From: an uncultured virus (IMG/VR IMGVR_UViG_3300025404_000001) | Taxonomy: Duplodnaviria > Heunggongvirae > Uroviricota > Caudoviricetes | Strand: one strand, 5' to 3' | IMG/VR virus record: IMGVR_UViG_3300025404_000001 | Length of the DNA stretch: 64,000 bases | Shown: positions 1 to 9,198 of the stretch, piece after piece | Layout: every line of letters begins with the position of its first letter | Position numbering within the stretch: the stretch's first letter is position 1 | Translations under genes and position numbers: made by a program | The notes under the pieces: model-generated | Database searches by the model: none | What the model saw: only the letters and a program-made list of their open reading frames with translations | Told to the model about the DNA's origin: nothing

Positions 1-57
1 AAGCTTGCGAATTTGCACATTGGGAAAAATCCTTTCTGAGTTAGTATTGTCCGCGAA

Positions 58-567
58 TTACGTGAAGGATCGTTTCGAGGCTTCGGCCCAGGCCGCCGCA
101 TCGCAGGATAAAATCGAATTGGTCGACTGCGCGGGCTCCGTCGCCCACGCCGCCTCCGTTCTCACCTGCTCAATTGTCGCCTCGCCTCGCAACCACTTCC
201 GCGTCGTCTCGATCGCCAGCCTTGGCCGGTCCTCTCCTCGCGCAACGAACGACAGCGCCAGTTCGGCACAGTCGCAAGCCACCGCAACAATTGCTTTCCT
301 GTCCGGCCATCCCTCTATGCCTTCCATCCTGCCGACCAGCCAGAGCAGCCAGTCCGCCCGGTCGCAGGTCTGCCAGACCACGCGCAAGTTCTTCCCCTTG
401 GCCCACTCGCGAGCCTCGAAACACGCGTCCAGGTCAGCCAGCAGCGCAGAGAACTCTGCCGCGTTCATTGCTCTGGGCTTGGCTGTCTGCACCGCTGCCG
501 TCGCCGCCGTCGCTACCACCGTCTTAGCTGCCACCATCACACTCTTGCCTTTCCGATTGCTTACCAT
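58..567 (-). CDS. Imm5-like helical phage protein
   Basis: GGAG directly before ATG 567; motif ACDCAE..EDRPRLAIETTRKWLRGEAT resembles Imm5-like phage proteins. Confidence 0.6.
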   Translation of the reverse strand: MVSNRKGKSVMVAAKTVVATAATAAVQTAKPRAMNAAEFSALLADLDACFEAREWAKGKNLRVVWQTCDRADWLLWLVGRMEGIEGWPDRKAIVAVACDCAELALSFVARGEDRPRLAIETTRKWLRGEATIEQVRTEAAWATEPAQSTNSILSCDAAAWAEASKRSFT

Positions 568-641
568 ACTCCTACCACCTTTCCAAACCGTTGTCAATAG
601 CCTGTGTGAAAATACTCGCAAACCTTCTGCCAGCCGCCGAG

Positions 642-896
642 CTAGTTGCACTCAGCCAAGCCGCCGTTGTAAGCATAAGGGCCTTCCATGCCGGATGGAT
701 CGCTAGGGCCGTAATGCTCTCCGGCCTCGCCGTGCCACTCTTCACCATTGCCGCAACAATCACAGACCTGTACATCATGGGCAATCGGTGTGTTGAGCAT
801 CCAGCGCCGTGTCGCTTCAGTTCCCTTGTCGAACACATCATCGGGAATCTGTGCGCCGTTTAAGAATCCAGTTCCACCACATCGCGTGCAATGCAT
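642..896 (-). CDS. small zinc-finger protein
   Basis: CTRCGGTG and CDCCGNG motifs; SD AGGGAGG. Confidence 0.7.
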   Translation of the reverse strand: MHCTRCGGTGFLNGAQIPDDVFDKGTEATRRWMLNTPIAHDVQVCDCCGNGEEWHGEAGEHYGPSDPSGMEGPYAYNGGLAECN

Positions 897-937
897 CTTC
901 CCTTCCCTCCCTTTCAGAAATTTGCTAACCTACTCTC

Positions 938-1519
938 ATGCCGACCTGGCCACCGCCCCAGCCCGACCCCGCCGACCAGCTCGCAGCCGACCCTGCCACC
1001 TCTGACCCGTTCGCCCCCGCCTCCGGCCCCCGCCCCACCTACCCCCGCCCGACCCCGCGCCCGCTCATGCCTTACGACCCATCGCACGCCGTCGCCGCGG
1101 CTCGCCTGCCCCGCCTCCAAGCCTTTCAGCGCGACCCGGCCACGGGTCGCCACCTCCCGCCTCGCCTGTGCTCGGACCCCGCCGGCCCGTTCGCTTCCCT
1201 GACCTGGCAGCAGCAACGCAAGGCCGAGCAGCTCCTCCACAAGTTCTGCGCGCGCTGGGGCTCGGATCTCCCCCACTGGCGCCGGGCAATCCTGACCGGG
1301 GTCGCCAAGCGGCTAGCGCTGCACCCGCTCGGGTCCGACTGGGGCAAGGCGACTTTCCGCGCGCGCGGCAACAAGGCTGCCGCTCGCGCTGCCCAGCTCG
1401 CCACCGCCCTCGGCCAGCCCTCCCCCGCTGAGAGGTTGCTGGCTGGCCGCCGCGAGAAGCAGCGGGAGCGGCAAGAGGGTCCGAGGGTGATGGCTAAAGG
1501 CTGGCTGCCGGTGGACTAG
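938..1519 (+). CDS. hypothetical protein with Pro-rich N-terminus
   Basis: 193-aa ORF with a helical core; runs opposite to its neighbours. Confidence 0.5.
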   Translation: MPTWPPPQPDPADQLAADPATSDPFAPASGPRPTYPRPTPRPLMPYDPSHAVAAARLPRLQAFQRDPATGRHLPPRLCSDPAGPFASLTWQQQRKAEQLLHKFCARWGSDLPHWRRAILTGVAKRLALHPLGSDWGKATFRARGNKAAARAAQLATALGQPSPAERLLAGRREKQRERQEGPRVMAKGWLPVD

Positions 1520-1563
1520 GCCGCCGCGACCGCCTTGCCTGCCTGCCCAGCTCCACCGCTGCC

Positions 1564-1818
1564 TCAATCGACATTGCAGAACCGTGGGTTCGCGCCAACC
1601 TTGGCCAGGTTTGCAACGTTGACCTTGCCGGGGAATTCTCCCTTGTCCCAAGTGATCGACGCGAGCAGGGTTGATTCTCCCAGCGGCATAAAACCAGTTA
1701 TCCTCCCGCGCGCGTGCGCCATCTCGCCGTGACTCATACCAATCGACCGCAGGAATTGCACAGAGTAGGCTACCTTGTCGCCTTCGATAAACTTCGGTGT
1801 TGCGTATTGTCTGGCCAT
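1564..1818 (-). CDS. hypothetical phage protein
   Basis: SD AGGAG; globular-looking 84-aa ORF. Confidence 0.7.
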   Translation of the reverse strand: MARQYATPKFIEGDKVAYSVQFLRSIGMSHGEMAHARGRITGFMPLGESTLLASITWDKGEFPGKVNVANLAKVGANPRFCNVD

Positions 1819-1895
1819 CTCTCCTACCTCGTAGGCAGTTTGCCGGCACTGCCCCAGGCCGCTGGAGGTTCGTTTGCCTTGCCGGCTCCGGCTGC

Positions 1896-2294
1896 CTACG
1901 ATTCAATTGCAACAATCGGCTTGTATCCCTTGAATACCGGGCGAAACTGGTCCGAGAACGGCGCTTCGTCTAACCGTTCGCTCCAAGGCTGCTCCGCCAC
2001 ATCTCCAGCCATATTGCAGTGACCCGTGAACACCAGCGCCTTGTCATCGCCTATGATAATACCCTTGACCAAAGTCTCCGCCGTTCTGAAGTCTCCTTGA
2101 TAGATCCGCTTTGCTTCACGGCCAAACGTGCCGTAATTGGCCGTGCGAACCTGGAACACGTTCGCAATTCCGGCTTGATAGACCAGCGCGTAAACCTTGT
2201 ATCCCATTTGCTGCTCGATAGAGAGTGGAACGTCAGGCAGGACCAGTCCTGCTACGTTCATTGAGTCTTCGGATGGATGGATTGAAGTTGTCAT
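1896..2294 (-). CDS. hypothetical phage protein
   Basis: GGAGG before ATG 2294. Confidence 0.7.
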   Translation of the reverse strand: MTTSIHPSEDSMNVAGLVLPDVPLSIEQQMGYKVYALVYQAGIANVFQVRTANYGTFGREAKRIYQGDFRTAETLVKGIIIGDDKALVFTGHCNMAGDVAEQPWSERLDEAPFSDQFRPVFKGYKPIVAIES

Positions 2295-2354
2295 TAGCGT
2301 TGCCTCCATCGGCGCGCTTTGCTATTGCCGATACGGTTGGGGGGGGGGGGTTTG

Positions 2355-2609
2355 CTAGCTGCCTGTCTGCCCTGCCTGCCCTGCCTGCTCCCTTGCCTGT
2401 TGTGCCTTGCGAATGTATTCCTTTTCGACCCAGCGCGCTGTACGCACATCCGCCTGTATCTCGCACGGCACCACTTCCCGTGGATGCGCCGATTCCCACT
2501 CTTGCATCTTGTCAATCGCGTCCATCTTGGCATAGGTCCAATAGTTTGCATTGGACTGATGCTCCGAGACTGTGTGAGGTGACTTGTAGAATGTGAATGG
2601 GTTCGCCAT
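2355..2609 (-). CDS. hypothetical phage protein
   Basis: MANPFTFYK... ORF in the leftward early cluster. Confidence 0.6.
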   Translation of the reverse strand: MANPFTFYKSPHTVSEHQSNANYWTYAKMDAIDKMQEWESAHPREVVPCEIQADVRTARWVEKEYIRKAQQAREQAGQAGQTGS

Positions 2610-2697
2610 AGCCTGCCCCAACCTTTCCCTTTCGTTCCCTGCCCTGCCCTGCCCTGTCCTGCCCCACTTAACCCACAACCATAACCCCGCTTACCAT

Positions 2698-2735
2698 TGG
2701 GAGTTAACCTACGTTAACTCCCACTAACGAGTCAA
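2698..2735 (-). promoter_or_regulatory. leftward promoter overlapped by a perfect 11-bp inverted repeat (putative operator)
   Basis: TTGACT-N18-TAGGTT on the minus strand; TGGGAGTTAAC-CTAC-GTTAACTCCCA at 2698-2723. Confidence 0.55.
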
Positions 2736-2883
2736 CCATTCAGTCAAACTGCGCGTCGAATCGCGCGCTCGGACCGCAGCGCCAGCGCTTCAGACTTGAT
2801 TCTTTGCACATCCGCGCGCAATTCATCGTTAGTTGGCGCGCGCCCCAGTTTGGCTGCCAGCGCTTCATAGATCGTTGGGCGCC

Positions 2884-3102
2884 TCATGCGGATACCTCAC
2901 GACTCAATCTGTCCACTACTCCGAAGAGTCCGGCGACTTTGAGCGCTTCGATAGATCCATATTGAGCGAGCAACGCGCGGTCTTCATCCGTTGCTGCCGG
3001 CAAGGGCGAGAAGACTATCGGCTTGGGGCGATACGTGCCTTGTTGCCGGGCTTGAATCTCTTCCCATGGGTAACCGAAGATCGGATTGCTTGTGTTCTTC
3101 AC
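2884..3102 (-). CDS. hypothetical phage protein
   Basis: GTGA overlap with the upstream gene. Confidence 0.65.
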   Translation of the reverse strand: MKNTSNPIFGYPWEEIQARQQGTYRPKPIVFSPLPAATDEDRALLAQYGSIEALKVAGLFGVVDRLSREVSA

Positions 3103-3281
3103 TTGCTCACCCGCTTTCTATTCGATTGATAGTCGCGGCCGGTCAATTCCACTCGAATCAATTCCTTGATTCCTGCGAGCGTATCGGCGTACACGAAACG
3201 GCCGTTAACGTAAGCTGACCACGGCAAAGCGTAACCGGGAGTGGAACTGCGTGTGACGTTACAACCCATGTAGGTTTTCAT
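3099..3281 (-). CDS. hypothetical phage protein
   Basis: ATGA coupling, 60 aa. Confidence 0.65.
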   Translation of the reverse strand: MKTYMGCNVTRSSTPGYALPWSAYVNGRFVYADTLAGIKELIRVELTGRDYQSNRKRVSK

Positions 3282-3571
3282 GCTGATACCTCTACTCTGT
3301 GCATCGGAGTCTTGTTTGCATCCGCCTGAAAGTATCCGCGGTCAATGCGTCGTTGCATATCGGCGATCGCTTCCAGCTCTGTCTGGCCGTCGACCGGGCC
3401 GCCGCACCCCTGCCCCCGGTAATGTGCGTCGACTACATCCGTGCCATTGCAGAGGTGAAAGCAAGGGTTGAAGAAAAGGTCGACCCAGTATTTGCCGCCG
3501 CGAGATTCCCAGCGCGCAATTCGTTTGGGCTCGTTTTGTTCCGGTATCGTATGGCAGGTCGATTCAGTCAT
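3278..3571 (-). CDS. hypothetical phage protein, first gene of leftward operon
   Basis: SD AGGAG, 97 aa. Confidence 0.7.
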   Translation of the reverse strand: MTESTCHTIPEQNEPKRIARWESRGGKYWVDLFFNPCFHLCNGTDVVDAHYRGQGCGGPVDGQTELEAIADMQRRIDRGYFQADANKTPMHRVEVSA

Positions 3572-3588
3572 TGTCTTTGTTCTCCTGA

Positions 3589-3614
3589 AGGGGACCGTTT
3601 ACCGGTCCCCTTTT
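3589..3614. terminator. GC-rich hairpin with T-tract
   Basis: GGGGACCG-TTTTAC-CGGTCCCC-TTTT. Confidence 0.5.
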
Positions 3615-3708
3615 CTAGTCTCTAATCGGCTCAACCGATGGATTTTTTCTGGTACCTCTGACTAGAAGCTATCTCCCAGACCCGTTCGCGGTCCCTTGCG
3701 ACTTCTCT

Positions 3709-3737
3709 AATATCGTACAATTCCTTCCTCTTGTCAA
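3709..3737 (-). promoter_or_regulatory. leftward sigma70-type promoter
   Basis: TTGACA-N17-GATATT. Confidence 0.5.
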
Positions 3738-4117
3738 TAGGCCCATAGAAGATAGTTGGACTGTACCTGTGCAAATCTCACTTTCGATCAATGAATACGC
3801 GGTCATTTATTTTCATGCTCACAGGCTCACAGGTTCAGGCCAGACGTGTCTGTCTAGGCTACACCCTAGATGATCAGGCGGCCGGCTCTTGAAGCGCGTC
3901 CAATTAGATAGGGATTCTCCCTTTTGGACAATCGCGCGGGAATCCCTAAGAGTCTAAACGGACAGATTGGCGCGCGAATCCCTTCCTGTCGGTGAATCGG
4001 CGCGCGCCGGCCTTGATGGTTCCATATCGGCGGATCGCCGAGCCCCCCTCTCGCCGGCCGACTAGGGCCTCGCGTCGGTGACTATGACCCTGCGCAAAAT
4101 AATTCCAAAAATTATGG

Positions 4118-4146
4118 TTGCAAACTAACGAGAGTGATAGTAGGGT
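4118..4146 (+). promoter_or_regulatory. rightward sigma70-type promoter
   Basis: TTGCAA-N17-TAGGGT with AT-rich upstream tract. Confidence 0.55.
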
Positions 4147-4244
4147 GTTGAGGTGGAGATTTGACCGGTTATTCTACTCTGGGAGTGGCCTAGGGACTGG
4201 TTCATGTGCGCTATGGTTGATTGGAAGATGAGAAAGCGTGATCG

Positions 4245-4454
4245 ATGATGCGAAAGTTGAGCGATCTGAGAAACATAAACTGGAAGCGGCGGGAGATCCA
4301 ACGTGCTCGTGAGTCCGAGTTCGACGCCCGAGAGGACATGATCGCCGAAGCCATAAGGGACGGCGTCTTAGGTCCGGTATCTTGGGCCTTCAATGATTTG
4401 CTGACCGATGCGGATATGGAGATGCTGCGCGGTATGCACATCTCGTGGAGGTAG
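4245..4454 (+). CDS. hypothetical protein
   Basis: 69-aa ORF downstream of the promoter. Confidence 0.55.
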   Translation: MMRKLSDLRNINWKRREIQRARESEFDAREDMIAEAIRDGVLGPVSWAFNDLLTDADMEMLRGMHISWR

Positions 4455-4603
4455 GAGATGCACACATTACGTCTCATCTTTGGACGATGGAGAATTGTTC
4501 ATATTGTTTGGAGAAATTGCAAAAAAGACAAGAGGGGGTTTTTCCAAACCATGTACGACATGATTAACTACGCGGAAATTGACTCTTAAGTGGAGGGGCG
4601 ACG

Positions 4604-4885
4604 ATGGACGGTAAGATTGTAGTTCCGAAACGTACCCTATGGTATTTCGGAGTCCGTCTTAGACGTATACGGATTTTGTTGTTTTTGTTTGGTTTGGACG
4701 TGTGGTTTGGGTGTATCGAGGCCAATCCGATGAATAACACGCGCAATGAAAAAGTGACTGGATTTTTGATTTATCCACTTCTCTGGCATTTTCCCGGCAC
4801 ATCTGGACGCGCGTTGGGTTGGGTGAAAAGACAAGACGCCGGAGAGTTTGATTTTGAAGCATGGCGGAAGGAAGTGGAGGGGTGA
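4604..4885 (+). CDS. hypothetical protein
   Basis: SD GGAGG; N-terminus MDGKIVVP duplicated in the next gene. Confidence 0.6.
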   Translation: MDGKIVVPKRTLWYFGVRLRRIRILLFLFGLDVWFGCIEANPMNNTRNEKVTGFLIYPLLWHFPGTSGRALGWVKRQDAGEFDFEAWRKEVEG

Positions 4886-4887
4886 TG

Positions 4888-5286
4888 ATGGACGGTAAGA
4901 TCAAAGTACCTGACGGTATGTTGCAGGCGGGACGAGCAACTTACAGCGGTTATGTGACAGCAGAGGAGGGGGCGCGGAGGATTCTTTAAGCCGCTCTCCT
5001 CTGGCTATCAAAGAATCCGATTGTGCTGACAGAGGAACATACTGAGAAAATACTGAAGGATATGGAATCAAATTGCCAGTTTCCGGCAAACGATATATTC
5101 TGTATTTTTGTTGAGAAGTGGCAACGCCGCATGTTCCTTGCGGAAGAACCGTCAGTGCCGGAAGAGATCAGGGATTTGCTGTGGAAGAACCCCTTCAAGG
5201 TGAACGGGGTTGAACTCCACTCTTTAGCCGAACCACTTAACGAATCCATCGTCGAAGCATTCCGTCGCGGCCAGCGGTCAAAGTAG
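4888..5286 (+). pseudogene. phage protein interrupted by an in-frame TAA at 4987-4989
   Basis: MDGKIKVPDGML...RRIL*AALLWLSKNPIVLTEEH continues in the same frame as ORF 5023-5286. Confidence 0.65.
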
Positions 5287-5338
5287 GTCAGACTGTTTGT
5301 CATCGAAGCAGGGTACTATCATCTCAGGAGGACGCACG

Positions 5339-5812
5339 ATGACCGGAATAGAAAGGCACGAGATCGAGCGCCGTCTTGAACGCATCGAGCACGACGTCAA
5401 GCAAATCCAGCAGTCGGTATGGCAGATTGTCCACCTTCTGCACCACCAAACCCCCAACCTCATCACCTTCAAGGAGATCACAATGCTTCCTCCCGTAGCA
5501 GGCAACACCCTGGTCTACACCGGAACCATCGCCCCAGCCGGCGCGCAGTTCCCTGCCGGCACAACCTTCACCGTCACCTCCAGCGACTCGACCGTTACTC
5601 CCACGGTGGACGAGACCGGATTGGTGGTTACCATCCCCCTTCCATCGACTTTCGTGGACAACCCAGCATCTCCGTTCAATGTGGTTTGGGCGACGAGCAT
5701 ATTCACACCCAACCCCTCAACAAGTCCTGAAGGTTTGACCGTGACCATCACGCCGTCGATTCCAGTGACCGTGCTGACGCCGACAGCCGTGACGTTCCAA
5801 CAGACCACGTAA
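5339..5812 (+). CDS. coiled-coil plus Thr-rich beta (Ig-like) protein with internal start at 5483
   Basis: SD AGGAGG before 5339 and AAGGAG before in-frame ATG 5483. Confidence 0.7.
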   Translation: MTGIERHEIERRLERIEHDVKQIQQSVWQIVHLLHHQTPNLITFKEITMLPPVAGNTLVYTGTIAPAGAQFPAGTTFTVTSSDSTVTPTVDETGLVVTIPLPSTFVDNPASPFNVVWATSIFTPNPSTSPEGLTVTITPSIPVTVLTPTAVTFQQTT

Positions 5813-5923
5813 TAATCGGACGGCCGGCCAAGCGTACGGTGCGCGGGTTCGTGCAGCGCATCACGGGAAGCTGCTCCTGATACGACTAGTGGCCGCGCCG
5901 GGCGGTTTAGAGGTAGCACTCGG

Positions 5924-5963
5924 CAAGAGAGGTCTCAGGGAAGCCTGGGATCTTCTCTTTTTT
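5924..5963 (+). terminator. intrinsic terminator
   Basis: AAGAGAGGTCTCAGG-GAAG-CCTGGGATCTTCTC-TTTTTT. Confidence 0.7.
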
Positions 5964-5966
5964 GGA

Positions 5967-5995
5967 TTGACAATGGTTGGGAGTTGGGATAAGGT
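5967..5995 (+). promoter_or_regulatory. promoter, probably leaderless transcript
   Basis: TTGACA-N17-TAAGGT, ATG 7 nt downstream. Confidence 0.65.
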
Positions 5996-6002
5996 TGAGC
6001 AT

Positions 6003-6656
6003 ATGACTAGTACGCCTATTGCAGACTCGTCCCCTCTCGTTCCCTTCTCGATCCCCCGCCACCCCGGCCCGATCTCGTTCGCTCAGGCTCGCATCGACCT
6101 TCCTCCCGAGGTCTTCCGAGATCGGCTCCGCCGCCACTTGCTTGACTATCCTGGCCTGACCTTGGCGCAGGTCGGGAGGGAACTGGGGGTCACTCGCCAG
6201 CGCGTCGGATTGCTCGTCGGTCGGCTCAACCGCCCCTCGTGTGCCCAGCCAAGTGGCCCGGCTCGGCCAGCCCCGAAGAAACAGGCTGCACTGCGGAGGA
6301 TGGCAGAATTGTCGACGAGGGTCCAGGCAGGAGAGTCGGCCGAGTCGGCCGCCGCAGCGCTCGGCGTCTCCCTCGCTATGGCCGCCAAGCTCGGGTTCCG
6401 CACGCGCGCCGTCCGCCCGCCGCATGGCAGAGGGCGCGTGGGATGTGAGTGCTGGCGATGCCGGGCGGCTGGAGGAAGGATCAGGCGGCGGGGCAGGCGC
6501 GCAGCGGAGTTGGATCCGGCTCAGGCCGTGCTGGTCGCGGACTGGCTAGCCTGGGTAGACCCGGACTCGGGGGCAGGGCTGCCGCTGGCGGAAGTGGCGA
6601 GGCTGGTTGGGGTCGGGGTGGGGGCGGTCGGGCGGTCTGTGGGAGGTGTGGCCTGA
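6003..6656 (+). CDS. multi-HTH DNA-binding protein
   Basis: LTLAQVGRELGVTRQRV helix-turn-helix plus two further HTH-like segments and CECWRC. Confidence 0.7.
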   Translation: MTSTPIADSSPLVPFSIPRHPGPISFAQARIDLPPEVFRDRLRRHLLDYPGLTLAQVGRELGVTRQRVGLLVGRLNRPSCAQPSGPARPAPKKQAALRRMAELSTRVQAGESAESAAAALGVSLAMAAKLGFRTRAVRPPHGRGRVGCECWRCRAAGGRIRRRGRRAAELDPAQAVLVADWLAWVDPDSGAGLPLAEVARLVGVGVGAVGRSVGGVA

Positions 6657-7105
6657 TGCGTATGGAGATACAGATCGACCACCAGTTCGAGCCCAGCCCG
6701 TATTGTGACTGCTCGACTTGCAACGAGTATTGCCATTATCACTATGGTGAGGATGATGCTTGCCTGTTGGAGAGGCACATGCATAAAGATGGAGCAGGGG
6801 TCAGCGGAATCCGCGACGTTCCCCTAGACGAGGTTTTCACTTGGCGCGAGGAGTTCGGCCAGCGGGCTAAGGAAGCGTTCGGCGGCTGGAAAGTGGACTG
6901 TTCGCCTGCTACCTATGCCGACCTGAAGGATCGGTGCGAGCGGCTGGACCGCGAGGCCGACCCGTTCTTCGAGCACGTGCGCGATCTTCAGCCGGTGCCT
7001 TGGAATGGGGTCACGGTTCACATGGTTCGAGTCGGAGAGGTGCCGGATGGGGTGCTGCGAGGGTGTCGGTGTGGTAAGGCGGCGGAGGTGTCAGATGGCA
7101 ACTAA
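6656..7105 (+). CDS. Cys/His-rich hypothetical protein
   Basis: TGATG coupling; MRMEIQIDHQ... Confidence 0.6.
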   Translation: MRMEIQIDHQFEPSPYCDCSTCNEYCHYHYGEDDACLLERHMHKDGAGVSGIRDVPLDEVFTWREEFGQRAKEAFGGWKVDCSPATYADLKDRCERLDREADPFFEHVRDLQPVPWNGVTVHMVRVGEVPDGVLRGCRCGKAAEVSDGN

Positions 7106-7207
7106 CCCAATCACCAAGTACGAGCCCTGGCGCGGCGGTTCGCAGACCGGATCGAGGGGATGATGCAAGCGGCTTAGGCGCAGACTGACCCGACCCAAAA
7201 ATAAAGT

Positions 7208-7236
7208 TTGCAACCAACCACCCCTCGTGCTATTCT
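7208..7236 (+). promoter_or_regulatory. promoter
   Basis: TTGCAA-N17-TATTCT with extended TG; ATG 9 nt downstream, no SD. Confidence 0.6.
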
Positions 7237-7245
7237 TCCTCTTGA

Positions 7246-7653
7246 ATGAGCCAGTCCCCCACCTCCGAGCAGCAGGGCCAGCTAGCTGAGCAGGAGCCAA
7301 CCTCCCTCCGTCTCGATCCCTCCCCCTCCAAGGTCTTCTCCTGGCTCGAATGGTCAGCCTCCGCCCCCGAAGTCCGAGACGACCGGAACCGCCTCGTCCA
7401 GCCCGCCGGTCCTGCCCTCCTGGTCCACTTCCGCTCGACCGGTGCGGAGTGGTCGCACTGGCCCGTGTCTCTAGACGAGGCCCGCGCTGTGATGAACCCT
7501 GGCTCGCTGTACAACTTCTCGATCGGCCACGCCTACGGGTCGGTGATCAAAGCGCACAAGTCGTCGAGGATGGTCAAGCCGGGCGAGAGGCAGGAGACGG
7601 TCCGGCAGCGCGAGCAGGAAGAGAAGCGATCTGGAAGGCGGTGGCTGGCGTGA
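7246..7653 (+). CDS. KTSC-like domain protein
   Basis: LLVHFRSTGAEWSHWPVS...SIGHAYGSVIK resembles the KTSC pattern. Confidence 0.5.
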   Translation: MSQSPTSEQQGQLAEQEPTSLRLDPSPSKVFSWLEWSASAPEVRDDRNRLVQPAGPALLVHFRSTGAEWSHWPVSLDEARAVMNPGSLYNFSIGHAYGSVIKAHKSSRMVKPGERQETVRQREQEEKRSGRRWLA

Positions 7654-7847
7654 CCGATCATGATTCGAACCTTCTGACCAAACGCAGCCACCATCTCCCT
7701 GGCTCCGACCTCACCCCCGCCGAGCGCCAGCAGATCCTTCGTCGGCTCAAGCACGGACCGGCGCTGCCCAAGGCCGAGCTGACCGAGTATGCGAACCGGC
7801 TGCGGAGGGAAGTCCTCGCGGCGAGAACAGGAAAGCAGGCAGAGTAA
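7650..7847 (+). CDS. hypothetical protein
   Basis: GTGA coupling. Confidence 0.55.
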   Translation: MTDHDSNLLTKRSHHLPGSDLTPAERQQILRRLKHGPALPKAELTEYANRLRREVLAARTGKQAE

Positions 7848-8041
7848 TGTCCGAACGCAATGAACAAACCGAGGGAGTGATCCAGCACGATCTGGGAATC
7901 TTCTGCCTGTGCTGCCGTCGGTATTTCAGCATAGACCTAGACCAATTCCCTCTGGCCCAACATCCCGACATTGAATGGCAAGACTGTCCCAACGCAGGCA
8001 AGACCTACCAAATTTCAGTTCTGAAGGAAGTGAACCAGTGA
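7847..8041 (+). CDS. small zinc-binding protein
   Basis: CLCC...H...C; TAATG coupling. Confidence 0.55.
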   Translation: MSERNEQTEGVIQHDLGIFCLCCRRYFSIDLDQFPLAQHPDIEWQDCPNAGKTYQISVLKEVNQ

Positions 8042-8403
8042 GCCCCCGATCCCGTCTCCCTCGCACCCAGTGGCAGGACGACAACATTCGTGTGGAAGTA
8101 CAAAGCGCCTCAGTCGTAGACGAACCTTCTAATCAAGAAGTCTTCGAGGCCTGCCTTACTGAGATGGGGTCTATTCGGCTCCGGCTCATGCTCGGGTGCT
8201 ACGGCCCTGGGACAGTGTCGAAGCCCAAGCCCGCTTACCGCTGGCTGCTCGGTGAGAGCGCGACGATCCTCTGCCGCGACCTGGACACTGTCGAGTGGTT
8301 CCGCGAGCAGCTACTGGCCTGGCTGAAAGGGTTGGATGGCGTGCGGTTGGCGAGGGTCGACGAGGACGAGGCAGAGCCAAGCGCACCGGAGTACAAAAAG
8401 TGA
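8038..8403 (+). CDS. hypothetical protein
   Basis: GTGA coupling. Confidence 0.6.
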   Translation: MSPRSRLPRTQWQDDNIRVEVQSASVVDEPSNQEVFEACLTEMGSIRLRLMLGCYGPGTVSKPKPAYRWLLGESATILCRDLDTVEWFREQLLAWLKGLDGVRLARVDEDEAEPSAPEYKK

Positions 8404-8485
8404 GGTATCGCTATTGCAAGGCGTGCCAGCGTGCCAACGAGGAGGCACTGAAGATAAAACGGCAAAATAAACTGGGGGTGTTGGC

Positions 8486-9187
8486 GTGACCTCCTTAGAT
8501 TATCGTGATGTGTCGATCTATATCACCTCGTTCAACAATCTCGACCGAGGACTGCGACAACTACTATCGTGGCTCCGCCGCGCCGGGATGACATCAATTG
8601 CGCTCTTGGATAATAAAAGTTCGTGGCCCCCTCTTTTGGAGTTCTTCGACTCTCCTGCAATGGATGGCATTCAACTAGTACATGTCGGTGCTAATCTCGG
8701 GCATGAGGTTTTTTGGCGACTTGATTTACACCTTAAACAAACCGGTCCATTTATTGTAAGTGACCCAGATTGCGTTCCGGATGCCGACTGCCCTTTGGAT
8801 CTCGTTCGTAAGATGCTGGAAGTTGAGGAACGGTATCATCCCGCTAAGGTAGGGCCTGCACTTCGCATAGATGATTTGCCATCCTGCTTCGCGCAGAGAG
8901 ATCACATGCGAATGTGTGAATCTGACTATTGGCTTCGTAAATACGAGGCAGGTGATTGCTGGAACGCGGCAATAGATACCACCTTTTCTCTGCTTCAACC
9001 CAATTGGGAGCGTTGGCCTCTGGCTAACACTGGTGGAGTTCAACACGTTCGTTTGGATTTTCCATACGTGATGCGCCACCTTCCGTGGTATGAAGACAGC
9101 GCAAATCTTTCGGCAGAGGCTAGGTATTACATGGCACACGTCGAGCATGGCTATTCCTCCTCCTGTCCTAACCCGATCCCTGAGTAA
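8486..9187 (+). CDS. GT-A fold glycosyltransferase (GT2-like)
   Basis: IYITSFN, LLDNKS and VSDPD (DxD) motifs. Confidence 0.75.
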   Translation: MTSLDYRDVSIYITSFNNLDRGLRQLLSWLRRAGMTSIALLDNKSSWPPLLEFFDSPAMDGIQLVHVGANLGHEVFWRLDLHLKQTGPFIVSDPDCVPDADCPLDLVRKMLEVEERYHPAKVGPALRIDDLPSCFAQRDHMRMCESDYWLRKYEAGDCWNAAIDTTFSLLQPNWERWPLANTGGVQHVRLDFPYVMRHLPWYEDSANLSAEARYYMAHVEHGYSSSCPNPIPE

Positions 9188-9198
9188 GAAAGGTCAGC

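Noticed and set aside
1..20. HindIII site at position 1 as a cloning boundary
   Set aside because: It lies inside a minus-strand gene start (MCKFAS..., ATG at 20) that runs off the window, so it is probably coincidental
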